DNA from: Candidatus Bathyarchaeota archaeon
GTDB lineage: Archaea; Thermoproteota; Bathyarchaeia; Bathyarchaeales; WUQV01
Direction of reading: 5' to 3'
Assembly (NCBI GenBank): GCA_029934005.1
Contig: JAOZNA010000001.1
Location: 1 to 52,100 of the forward strand
Length of the DNA: 52,100 nucleotides
Made by a program: the position numbers and the translations under genes. Positions 36,127 through 44,617 of this stretch are shown piece by piece (the stretch's first letter is position 1; every line of letters begins with the position of its first letter). The notes under the pieces are model-generated. The model saw only the letters and a program-made list of their open reading frames with translations, was not told the origin of the DNA and ran no database searches.

Positions 36127-37203
36127 TCACCCATACTTTATTCGTGGGTCAATGATTCCGTAAAGTAGATCCGCTACAAAGTTTGCCACTATTACGCATA
36201 TGGCTATGACATAGAAGATTGGCATTAGAATTGCGTAATTTCTTTGTGCAATTGCTCCCCAAACCCATCGTCCCAGACCTGGGTATGTGAATACTGCTTC
36301 AGTTATTATTGCACCTGTTAGTATGAAACCGAAACTTAGGGCTGCGCTTGTTATAAGTGGGAGCGAAGCGTTTTTAAGTGCATGTTTAAAGAGTACTGTT
36401 CTTTCGGGTACTCCTTTTGCTCGTGCTGTTATTATGTAGTCTTCAGTTAGGCTTTCAAGCATAACTGCTCGTGTGAGGAGTATCCATCCTCCGTAAGAGA
36501 AGAGTATTAATGTTAGCATTGGCAGGAAAGAGTGTCGTAGGAATCCTTGTATTACAACTATTGTGTCGGAAGTTAGTAGTAAATTAATGCTGAGGCCACT
36601 TGAGGCTTGTGATACTTCTATTGAGTATGGGTGGGGTGGGTTAATTGCCCAGCCAGTTGGAAGCCCGTGGGCTGATGGGAACCACCCTAGGTGTATGGAG
36701 AATATAAGTATGAAGACCATTCCTATCCAAAATGTTGGTAGTGAATAGGTTACTATGGATGTTAATACCATTATGTTATCAAATTTTCCCCCTCTTTTAA
36801 AGGCTACTAGTACTCCGAGAGCTACTCCTATTATTATCGAAATTATTGTTGATGTTCCTATTAGGTAAAGTGTCCATGGAAGTTTTTCAAGCATTTCGGC
36901 GGCGACTGGTCTCCATGTTACTAGTGATTTTCCGAAGTTCCATGTGAGAAGTCTTATCAATGTTTTGTAAAATCTTATATGTATTGGTTCATGCAGCCCA
37001 TAAAGTTCTTCTATTTCATGACGCCATTTTTCGTATTCTTCTTTTGGCATATTTCCTGGGGGTGGCATGAAGAGTGATGATGGATCGCCTGGCATTAACA
37101 TGAAAATTATGAAGTTTAATGTTATTACGAAGAACAATAGTATGATTGAGTAGATTACTCGCTTGACTATATACATCCTTAGCCCCATTGCTATTTCCTC
37201 CAT
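36127..37203 (-). CDS. oligopeptide/dipeptide ABC transporter permease (OppB/DppB-like)
   Basis: MYIVKRVIYSIILLFFVITLNFIIF N-terminus and EAA loop EDYIITARAKGVPERTVLFKHALKNA, with 6 TM segments. The probable start is an internal Met (MGLRMYIVKR or MYIVKR). Confidence 0.88.
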   Translation of the reverse strand: MEEIAMGLRMYIVKRVIYSIILLFFVITLNFIIFMLMPGDPSSLFMPPPGNMPKEEYEKWRHEIEELYGLHEPIHIRFYKTLIRLLTWNFGKSLVTWRPVAAEMLEKLPWTLYLIGTSTIISIIIGVALGVLVAFKRGGKFDNIMVLTSIVTYSLPTFWIGMVFILIFSIHLGWFPSAHGLPTGWAINPPHPYSIEVSQASSGLSINLLLTSDTIVVIQGFLRHSFLPMLTLILFSYGGWILLTRAVMLESLTEDYIITARAKGVPERTVLFKHALKNASLPLITSAALSFGFILTGAIITEAVFTYPGLGRWVWGAIAQRNYAILMPIFYVIAICVIVANFVADLLYGIIDPRIKYG

Positions 37204-37272
37204 CTTTCACTTTTGGTTTGCTCTATAAAAGCTTTTGTGAATTGGTGTGAGAAATTTGAAACTATAACTATC

Positions 37273-37290
37273 TTCCATAAAACTTTTAAA
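37273..37290 (+). promoter_or_regulatory. TTCCA-N-TATA-like upstream element of the binding-protein gene
   Basis: ttccataaaacttttaaa ends 48 nt upstream of ATG 37338, in the divergent intergenic region shared with the permease operon. It is related to the motifs at 40246, 42812 and 44556. Confidence 0.35.
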
Positions 37291-37337
37291 TGTTGATTAG
37301 ATTTCTTATATTGCTATAAGAAAGAGGAGAAGGGAGA

Positions 37338-40097
37338 ATGAAAAAGGAAGCTTTTAATGCGATAGTGATAGCATTAATTATTGTGGTTCTTTGCATATCT
37401 ATTGCTCCAGTGATGGCTTGGACTTATGACGATTGCACTTCAGACGAAAAATATGAGAAGTTTGGGCCTAGGACTGACAACTTGCTGTTTGTTATGTATT
37501 CTGATGCTCCCGGTGAGTATACTGGTTTGGAGGCCGGCGAAATTGACATGCTTGAGTGGGCGATTACAAAGGATCTGGTGGACAAGTGGACTGCGCCTCC
37601 ATGGAACGAAAAGATAAAGGTTGTCTCTTACGGTGCAGAGTTAGGATTTTTCCTCATAGACATTAACTGTTTGCCGACCTATCCAGGAGACTACGAGAGA
37701 GGAGCTCAAGGCGAGGATAACCCAACTAGGGTTCCGTGCATGAGGCATGCGCTTTGGCACGTGATGAACCGAACCCACGTGACTGAAGTAATTTATAAGG
37801 GTCTGGCTGTTCCAATTTATACGCCTGTTCCACCCTCACTCCCAGCATACCAGCATCCAGATATAATTCCAGGCGGCGCAAAGGAGGTTCTAACACACCC
37901 ATACGACTGTGAATATGCTAAACAAATCTTGGACACTTGTGATGAAGACCCAGCTGATGGTATGCCAGACTTTCCAGTCAACCCTGACACGGGCTGGAGG
38001 TTCTGGGACAAGAACGGAAACGGCGTTGAAGATCCAGATGAGTATTTGGAGCTTTGGTTCTACATAAGAATCGACGACCCATTAAGAAATGCTATGGGAG
38101 ACTACTTCGCAGATGAAATTGAAGACTGCCTACAAATCCGCGTAAACAGAAGATACAAGGACGTTTATGGCGCTTGGTTCAGCGTAATGCTAGAACACGA
38201 ATTCAACCTCTACACGGGCGGATGGTCATTAGGCGCAGACCCAGACCATCTAGTGTTATGGCACAGCGACTACTACTGGTATCCAGGCTTCTGCTACAAC
38301 TACGGCGGAATGAACTGCTCAACCTACGACTACTGGGTGGACAAGCTCCTGGAAGCCCCAACCTGGGACGAACTAAAAGAAGCATGCTACCAAGCCCAAT
38401 TAATCTTTAACTCACCATACACGCCAGAAGAAGGCTACACATGCGACTGCCCCGGCGGAGCCATGGGATCTATACCAGTCCTATCATTCCAAGGATTTAA
38501 GGCGTATAGAAGACGCTACACAGGCGGAACAGACGAGCAGCTAGTTTCACCAGACGACGGAGAAAACCAGTATAGAGGACTAACATGGAAGGGAATAGTA
38601 AACGTTCCGGCTATGGGTCCAGACCCAACCGGAATGGGCTACAGCATGCTAAACATGCATCCAGAATGCCACCCAATGGGCGACTGCTCTCACATGACAA
38701 TAAGAGTAGGCTTCAAAGTAGACGAGTTAGAGAAGCCAGGCAACCCAGTTTATGCTGAGTGGCTTTGGGACAACGTAGTTTGGGGATTGTGTCATGAAAG
38801 CCTACTGGCAAGAGACCCATACACGTGGGAGTGGATGCCCTGGCTGGCAAAAGACTATGAACTGTTCACTTGGATAGATCCGGTAACAGGCGAAGAAAAA
38901 GTTGGTGTGAGGCTTCACTTAAGGCCAAACGTTTACTGGAGCGACGGAGAACCAGTAACAGCTGCAGACGTGATGTATTCGCTTGTTGAGATGGACGACG
39001 AACTAATGGCTATTGGATTGCCTCCGCCATGGTGGTATAGCAACGTAGTCTACATCAAAAGCATGTATATAATTGACCCACTAAACATTGAAATTCTGCT
39101 TGATACGAAAAGCGTTTTGGCAGTAGGATGGGTAGGCGGATCTGCAATCTTCCCCAAGCATATATGGAAACACCTAATTGAACTGGCTGCTCAAGGAAAA
39201 ATCGACTTGACTATTCCTGCTCCAGACCCCAACATGATAGGAGCAGGCCCATTCAGGTTTGCAGAATACAACCCAGAAGGCTACTACTGCAAGCTAGTGG
39301 CGAACAAGCCAGGCTTAGAAATAGAGCCAGTATGGCCAACAGGTTTCTGGGATGAAGACTATCCGCCAAAACTAACAAAAAACCCATATGGATACTTCCG
39401 CTACAACCCAGTCTACGTAAACGTTCATGCAGTATCGCCAGAGTACTACTTGACAAGATTTAATCTGCCGCATGACCCAGGAAAACCGCCAACAGTCACA
39501 AGCCTACCAATCGAAATAGAAATAACCCTCAAAAACTTGTGGCTTAACCAGTGCAGCGGAGGCTACCTAATAGTAAACAAGTACGTGTACTACTCTGACC
39601 CATCAGTAAGCACATGGTGCGGACCAGGCGAACTAGAATTGCTACCAGGCTACCCAGAAGACGTAATACTAGAAACCCTACCAGACGGAACAATAATTCC
39701 GCATAAAGAGAACATAATTAAAGAAATTCCGGCTGGCAGCGCGGCATGCGGAAATCCAGCCTGGATCAAAGTCGCAATCCACATCAAAGGACCAGAAATG
39801 CTTGATTCGGAGCATCCTAACCCATGGATTTGCAGATGGATAAACTTCACCTTACCAATAGCAATAACAATCAGAGAAGACACAGCTGGACAATTCTACT
39901 GCGGAAACGATCAGATCCCCGCACCAGATTTCAAAGTAGACCTATACGACGTTTACAGAGCAGCAATGGCGTTCGCAAGCTATCCAGGACACCCAGCTTG
40001 GGATTCGGTACACGATATAACAGGCGACTACCAAGTGGACCTAGCAGACTACTACGCCATCTGCCAAATGTTCGGCTGGGAAGCACCAGCTCCTTAA
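37338..40097 (+). CDS. ABC transporter substrate-binding protein, family 5 (peptide/nickel type), extended, with C-terminal dockerin-like tail
   Basis: N-terminal signal/anchor (AIVIALIIVVLCISIAPVMA). Family-5 SBP-like segments are present (YGAELGFFLIDIN, NVYWSDGEPVTAADV, MIGAGPFRFAEYNPEGYY). At 919 aa it is much longer than the usual 500-600 aa. The last about 56 aa resemble the dockerins of neighbouring genes. Confidence 0.85.
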   Translation: MKKEAFNAIVIALIIVVLCISIAPVMAWTYDDCTSDEKYEKFGPRTDNLLFVMYSDAPGEYTGLEAGEIDMLEWAITKDLVDKWTAPPWNEKIKVVSYGAELGFFLIDINCLPTYPGDYERGAQGEDNPTRVPCMRHALWHVMNRTHVTEVIYKGLAVPIYTPVPPSLPAYQHPDIIPGGAKEVLTHPYDCEYAKQILDTCDEDPADGMPDFPVNPDTGWRFWDKNGNGVEDPDEYLELWFYIRIDDPLRNAMGDYFADEIEDCLQIRVNRRYKDVYGAWFSVMLEHEFNLYTGGWSLGADPDHLVLWHSDYYWYPGFCYNYGGMNCSTYDYWVDKLLEAPTWDELKEACYQAQLIFNSPYTPEEGYTCDCPGGAMGSIPVLSFQGFKAYRRRYTGGTDEQLVSPDDGENQYRGLTWKGIVNVPAMGPDPTGMGYSMLNMHPECHPMGDCSHMTIRVGFKVDELEKPGNPVYAEWLWDNVVWGLCHESLLARDPYTWEWMPWLAKDYELFTWIDPVTGEEKVGVRLHLRPNVYWSDGEPVTAADVMYSLVEMDDELMAIGLPPPWWYSNVVYIKSMYIIDPLNIEILLDTKSVLAVGWVGGSAIFPKHIWKHLIELAAQGKIDLTIPAPDPNMIGAGPFRFAEYNPEGYYCKLVANKPGLEIEPVWPTGFWDEDYPPKLTKNPYGYFRYNPVYVNVHAVSPEYYLTRFNLPHDPGKPPTVTSLPIEIEITLKNLWLNQCSGGYLIVNKYVYYSDPSVSTWCGPGELELLPGYPEDVILETLPDGTIIPHKENIIKEIPAGSAACGNPAWIKVAIHIKGPEMLDSEHPNPWICRWINFTLPIAITIREDTAGQFYCGNDQIPAPDFKVDLYDVYRAAMAFASYPGHPAWDSVHDITGDYQVDLADYYAICQMFGWEAPAP
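39927..40094 (+). other. degenerate dockerin-like module at the C-terminus of the binding protein
   Basis: DFKVDLYDVYRAAMAFASYPGHPAWDSVHDITGDYQVDLADYYAICQMFGWE aligns column by column with GVIDLVDVYVVSMTFGTYEGHPNWNPDADLNQDGQIDLFDIYMVSKNFAKE (44618 gene). The first Ca loop is lost and the second is partly kept. Confidence 0.65.
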
Positions 40098-40121
40098 GTT
40101 TCCAAAGGAAGCCCCTAACAA

Positions 40122-40143
40122 TTCCCCTTTATTTTTGGTTTTT
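40122..40143 (+). terminator. C-tract followed by oligo-T (archaeal intrinsic terminator-like)
   Basis: ttcccctttatttttggttttt lies about 25 nt after the stop of the binding-protein gene. Confidence 0.45.
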
Positions 40144-40245
40144 GAAGGAATAGCTGTTAAATATTGAGTATTTTTCTACTATAATGTTTCATGAGTTTAC
40201 TTGTTTTTAAAGTTTAAAATATTGAGGGGTTTGGATAGAAGATAA

Positions 40246-40262
40246 TTCCAGAATACTTAAAT
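40246..40262 (+). promoter_or_regulatory. shared upstream motif TTCCAGAATACTTA plus A/T box
   Basis: ttccagaatacttaaat ends 51 nt upstream of ATG 40313. Its first 14 nt are identical to 42812..42825, and both are preceded by ggata. Confidence 0.45.
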
Positions 40263-40312
40263 TTAGATTAGGTCATTGTTTATTTTGCTGAAAGGGAGAA
40301 GGAGAAAAGGCT

Positions 40313-42712
40313 ATGAAAAAGTGGTTTATGAAATCGTTAGTGATAGCAGTAGCTGCGATATTCCTTTTGAGTGTTTTTGGCGCAATAAACATTAAGCCAG
40401 CAAAAGCTGCGAGCATTCATATATGGACGGTTCCGTCAACAATAAGCTACACAACTGAAACGATGCCTGCTTCGGGTAGATTTAATGTTTCATTCTGGAT
40501 AGAGACTGACATAGGGATTGGCGGAGTTCAGGTTGTTCCAATATATGAGCATGGTGTTATTAATGTTACAAGATGGTTCGAGCCGACCTGGGACACCAAC
40601 TATATATTCTGGGGACAAGGAACTTCTGCCAGTCCAGTTCCACCAAAAACTGGTTACATTTACATAAATACAACTCATTCAAAGGCTAAACAAGCGGTCA
40701 ACTTGTTCCCGACGCCACCTGCCCAGCCAGCTTTCAAGGGGACGGGCTTGGTATACATTTTGGAGTTCGAGATTGTCGGGGTTCCTGATAAGTATGAAAC
40801 TTTGGATTCGTTGATTTACATTGATACCGCTGAGACCTACGTCATGGACGAGACTGGTGCAAAGATTGATGTTTTCCAGAAGGATGGTGCTTATTACTCG
40901 CTTGAATGGGCTATGCCTCCAGCGCCCTATATGGGTGTTGAACCCACACTCGTAGAATACGACCAGTTCACGGATGCTGTCGGCCAAGTTTTCCAAGTTG
41001 ACCTCTACATTAAGAACTTGGCTGAAGCTTGGCACCTATCTAATGCAAGCTTTAAGCTTGTTTATAACGCGACAATAATCGACGTTATTGGCGACATGGG
41101 TAATGTTAGCATAGCACCAATTTGGGGTACTTACACAGTTACTTTCCACCGAGACCCAGATCCAGCGGTCCTTGATTACATTGAGTTTGTGGTTAAGGAT
41201 CCAACTGAAACTCCTGGTGGTACAACTCCGGCTGACGAGCTGGTTGCGTCAATTAACTTCACTGTACAATTACAGATGCCTGGTCCGCCAGTAGGATATA
41301 TTGAGTCGCCGTTGGACTTCACGGATGTTTCATTCTATGATACGGTTGGGCCGATTACGCCTGATGCTCCAATAAATGGTATAGTGAGAATCTGGAACAG
41401 ACTACCACTACCACTACCATGGTTTGAGGTACAACCAGACCTAGTAGAATTCGGGCCAGCCTATGAAGTTGGAACTACATTTAGCATTGATGTAGTTCTA
41501 ACTGGTCCAGACCCAACTGGCCTACACTACGCATGGTACGCAATCGGATGGCAATTAAGACTACTCTACGACGCAGACCTCCTCGATGTAGTTAATGTAG
41601 AAGAAGGACCATTCCTAAAGGATGGACCATGGAACCTACACGGAACATTCTTCACAAGCAGAGTAGAATCAGACGGTGTGTACGGACCACATGTAGTAAT
41701 GGCTGAAATGCTCTTACCTAACGCCAGCACTGGAGAATGGGACATGACAGTATGGCCCAACGGAACAGGCGTAATAGCAACAATAACATTTGAAATAATA
41801 AAGCAGGACATCAGTTGCGACCTAAGTCATTACTACGAATCCGAGTTTGGTCTCGCACCAGTATTCAATAACTGGATAATCAGCAAGGATGGAACATGGA
41901 TACCAGTAAATGAAACCCAAAATGTAAATGGTACATATAGAATTTATGATTCTCCAATATTGGGAAGACAAATTGACCTTTACGGTGGAGCAAACAACGC
42001 TGGCTATGGTGCATCTGTATTCCCAGAACCATACGGCGGACAAGGACCAAACAACCCAATGGACCTAGTAATTCCACAGTCAGAAGTATACCTCTACGCC
42101 CTAGTAACCTATAACTGCTGGCCAGTACAATCAAAGATTGTAAGCTTCGAAATACAATATCCAAACGGCACAGCATTCGCCAAATTCACAGCAATAACAA
42201 ACGCTTCAGGTGTTGCGTCCATAACGTTCAGAATGCCATGGCCATGTGATAATCCAGAAGACTTGTTCGGAGTATGGAAAGTAATCGCAACTGTTGATAT
42301 AGCAGATGTAGTCGTTAACGACACCATGGAATTCCACTACGACTACATGATACACATATGGAAAGTAACAACAGACAAATACTACTATGCACACGGAGAA
42401 TATGTGCAGATAACAGTTGAATACGGCACGCATGCACAACAATCCTATCCAGGACTATTCACTGTAGTGATTACAGATGACCTTGGTGTTCCAATAGGCT
42501 TAGATGCAAGCTTCATACTAAACATTACTGGAGCAGTATTCTGTCAATACTACAATGATAGCTTCACAGTGTCAATCTTCATACCGAAGTGGGCTTATGC
42601 GGGCTATGCATACGTGCACGTTAACTGCTATGACAAGGAGCCTGCCGAAGGCGGCTTCGCATGGTGTCCAGAATACACGCCTGCACCAGAGATATTCATC
42701 AAACCAGAGTAG
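40313..42712 (+). CDS. secreted multi-cohesin-like protein (family N-module plus two cohesin-like modules plus two Ig-like C-terminal domains)
   Basis: Signal peptide ending AKA/AS. The family N-module spans 40409..40909 (IHIWTVPSTI...FNVSFWIETD..GGVQV...WFEPTW...NLFPTPP...GTGLVYILEFEI). Two further modules carry cohesin-type patterns (VFQVDLYIKNL...FKLVYNATIIDV; FSIDVVL...WQLRLLYDADLLDVVNVEEGPFL...GTGVIATITFEI). No dockerin and no C-terminal anchor. Confidence 0.75.
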   Translation: MKKWFMKSLVIAVAAIFLLSVFGAINIKPAKAASIHIWTVPSTISYTTETMPASGRFNVSFWIETDIGIGGVQVVPIYEHGVINVTRWFEPTWDTNYIFWGQGTSASPVPPKTGYIYINTTHSKAKQAVNLFPTPPAQPAFKGTGLVYILEFEIVGVPDKYETLDSLIYIDTAETYVMDETGAKIDVFQKDGAYYSLEWAMPPAPYMGVEPTLVEYDQFTDAVGQVFQVDLYIKNLAEAWHLSNASFKLVYNATIIDVIGDMGNVSIAPIWGTYTVTFHRDPDPAVLDYIEFVVKDPTETPGGTTPADELVASINFTVQLQMPGPPVGYIESPLDFTDVSFYDTVGPITPDAPINGIVRIWNRLPLPLPWFEVQPDLVEFGPAYEVGTTFSIDVVLTGPDPTGLHYAWYAIGWQLRLLYDADLLDVVNVEEGPFLKDGPWNLHGTFFTSRVESDGVYGPHVVMAEMLLPNASTGEWDMTVWPNGTGVIATITFEIIKQDISCDLSHYYESEFGLAPVFNNWIISKDGTWIPVNETQNVNGTYRIYDSPILGRQIDLYGGANNAGYGASVFPEPYGGQGPNNPMDLVIPQSEVYLYALVTYNCWPVQSKIVSFEIQYPNGTAFAKFTAITNASGVASITFRMPWPCDNPEDLFGVWKVIATVDIADVVVNDTMEFHYDYMIHIWKVTTDKYYYAHGEYVQITVEYGTHAQQSYPGLFTVVITDDLGVPIGLDASFILNITGAVFCQYYNDSFTVSIFIPKWAYAGYAYVHVNCYDKEPAEGGFAWCPEYTPAPEIFIKPE

Positions 42713-42733
42713 GAAAAATAATCACCCCCTTGT

Positions 42734-42749
42734 ATCCCCCTTTTTCTTT
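42734..42749 (+). terminator. C-tract followed by oligo-T
   Basis: atccccctttttcttt lies about 20 nt after the stop at 42712. Confidence 0.45.
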
Positions 42750-42811
42750 GAAAAATTTTCAAAAAAGAGCTTTTTGAGAGTTCGGTGAAGTAAAATACAA
42801 ATGGATATATT

Positions 42812-42828
42812 TTCCAGAATACTTATTA
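42812..42828 (+). promoter_or_regulatory. shared upstream motif TTCCAGAATACTTA plus A/T box
   Basis: ttccagaatacttatta lies about 40 nt upstream of ATG 42868. Confidence 0.45.
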
Positions 42829-42849
42829 GAACATTTTTGAAAATATCTC

Positions 42850-44508
42850 GTGATTGGTGAAGCATTTATGCAAAATCAAAAAAGAATAGAAAAACATCTA
42901 CTAGGCATATTTTCAATAACGTTCATAATTATCGCATTCTTAGCTAACCTTTCCCTTCTAACAATGGAAGAAAACACAGAACCCCTAACACCCCCCCTCA
43001 CCATAACAGCCCAAACAAACAAACAATCCTACCTCCTAAGACAAAAAATCTACATCCAAGGAAACATAACCCTAGACGGCACACCAGTATCAGACGCCTA
43101 CATAATACTCCAAATAAACAACCCACAAGACCAACCAACAACCTTCAGAACAATCCAAATAGGAAACCCAACCCAACACATGCCAATCAAAATACTAGAC
43201 ATCTCCATAACAGACCACGAAAACAACCCACTAGATACAATTCAAATCGGAACAAGCATACGAGTAATAGTAAAAGTCAACAACCCAGAACTAACCTCAC
43301 AAAACATATTCATAACAGCAACAGTCTTCGACGCCAACATGGTTCCAATCCAAACAGGCTTCTTAGAAACAACAATTCTACCAGAACAAACAATATCACC
43401 AAAATTCACAATATATATACCAAAATGGGCAATCTCAGGTAAAGCCCTAATATGCGCAAACGTATACAACAAAGAACCAAAACAAGGCGGAATAGCCTAC
43501 GCAAAAGAAAGAGCAGAATACTTCTACATAAGCAAAATCCAAAAAGGATACCTAGAACTCCCAGAAATCCAATTCCAAGACATACAAAACACGCCCGGAA
43601 AATACCAAACCTACATAACCCTACCACCAGACCCAAAAGCAGGAGAATACACCGCATACATCACAGGACAAGTAGACCCAATAACAATAAACCAAGAAAC
43701 AATCACATTCCAAGTGCAACAATCATCAGGCTACCCACCACAAGCATCATTCGCATACTGGCCAACCCCCTCCTACGAAAACATGACCCTAACCTTCGAC
43801 GCCTCATCATCAACAGCAGAAGGATTCAACGACACAATAATAAAGTATGAATGGGATTTCGGAGACGGAACACCAAAAATAATCAAAGAAGGAAACTACA
43901 CAAACCCACCAGACCCAACCATAACCCACGCATACACAACACCAGGCAACTACACAATAACCCTAAACGTAACAGACAACGAAGGACTATGGAGCACAAC
44001 CACAAAACCAATAGAAATACTGCCAGAATTCGGCCCAACAGCAGACTTCGAATGGTCACCATACCAACCATGGGTAAACCAAACAATAACCTTCAACGCC
44101 TCAAAAACCACAGTTGGCTGGTGCGCAAAAACAGCAAGATTCAGCCCAATAGCTAACTACGAATGGGATTTCGGAGACGGAACATCACCAATAACAACAA
44201 CAAACCCAATAATAACCTACAACTACACCCAACCAGGCAACTACTCAGTAACCCTAACAGTAACCGACGAAGATGGAAGAATAGACTCAGTAACTTACAC
44301 GATTGAAGTCTTAAATGTAACAACCAAATACTGCGACATAGACGGCGACGGAATGATTGACCTAGTAGACGTATATACAGTAGCAATGCATTTTGCCGCA
44401 GAAGAAGGAGACCCCAACTACGATCCAAGATGCGACATAGACGGCGACGGAGTAATTGACCTATTCGACTACTACACAGTATGCATGCACTACGGAGAAG
44501 ACCCCTAA
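42850..44508 (+). CDS. secreted PKD-repeat protein with C-terminal dockerin
   Basis: The likely start is ATG 42868, with GGTGA 8 nt upstream. It has a signal/anchor helix. An N-terminal two-domain unit is shared with the C-terminus of the 40313 gene (IPKWAISGKALICANVYNKEPKQGG). Two PKD repeats (YEWDFGDGT...H.Y..PGNY.[IV]TL.VTD) are followed by a duplicated dockerin. Confidence 0.85.
   Translation: MIGEAFMQNQKRIEKHLLGIFSITFIIIAFLANLSLLTMEENTEPLTPPLTITAQTNKQSYLLRQKIYIQGNITLDGTPVSDAYIILQINNPQDQPTTFRTIQIGNPTQHMPIKILDISITDHENNPLDTIQIGTSIRVIVKVNNPELTSQNIFITATVFDANMVPIQTGFLETTILPEQTISPKFTIYIPKWAISGKALICANVYNKEPKQGGIAYAKERAEYFYISKIQKGYLELPEIQFQDIQNTPGKYQTYITLPPDPKAGEYTAYITGQVDPITINQETITFQVQQSSGYPPQASFAYWPTPSYENMTLTFDASSSTAEGFNDTIIKYEWDFGDGTPKIIKEGNYTNPPDPTITHAYTTPGNYTITLNVTDNEGLWSTTTKPIEILPEFGPTADFEWSPYQPWVNQTITFNASKTTVGWCAKTARFSPIANYEWDFGDGTSPITTTNPIITYNYTQPGNYSVTLTVTDEDGRIDSVTYTIEVLNVTTKYCDIDGDGMIDLVDVYTVAMHFAAEEGDPNYDPRCDIDGDGVIDLFDYYTVCMHYGEDP
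43741..44310 (+). other. two tandem PKD domains (approximate limits)
   Basis: The motifs WDFGDGT, THAYTTPGNYTITLNVTDNEG and YNYTQPGNYSVTLTVTDEDG occur twice, about 95 aa apart. Confidence 0.85.
44326..44505 (+). other. dockerin module (two EF-hand-like Ca loops)
   Basis: DIDGDGMIDLVDVYTVAMHF...DPRCDIDGDGVIDLFDYYTVCMHYG. Both 12-residue loops fit D-x-[DN]-x-D-G-x-[IV]-D-x-x-D. Confidence 0.9.
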
Positions 44509-44555
44509 ACTCTCATCTACATTTTTACAAATAGTAAACTAAACATAGAAAAAGA

Positions 44556-44571
44556 TTCCAAAACATTTAAG
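44556..44571 (+). promoter_or_regulatory. related upstream motif TTCCAAAACATTTAAG
   Basis: Ends 47 nt upstream of ATG 44618. It has the same TTCCA...TTTA spacing class as the other three copies. Confidence 0.35.
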
Positions 44572-44617
44572 ACTTCTCTCACACACACAAATGATGAGAA
44601 ACCAGAGGGAAACATAA

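Noticed and set aside
44023-44031. An internal PEF tripeptide (ILPEFGPT) in the 42850 protein that might be taken for a PEF-CTERM signal.
   Set aside because: It sits in the linker between the two PKD domains. No hydrophobic helix or basic tail follows it, and it is not C-terminal.
43406-44428. Several long ORFs inside the 42850 gene on both strands, with K/R/N/P/T-rich or L/R/C-rich low-complexity products (43452..43850, 43851..44156, 43406..43657, 43883..44086, 44153..44428).
   Set aside because: They overlap a frame with unmistakable PKD and dockerin motifs. Their openness follows from the T-poor/A+C-rich composition (few stop codons), and their products are low complexity.
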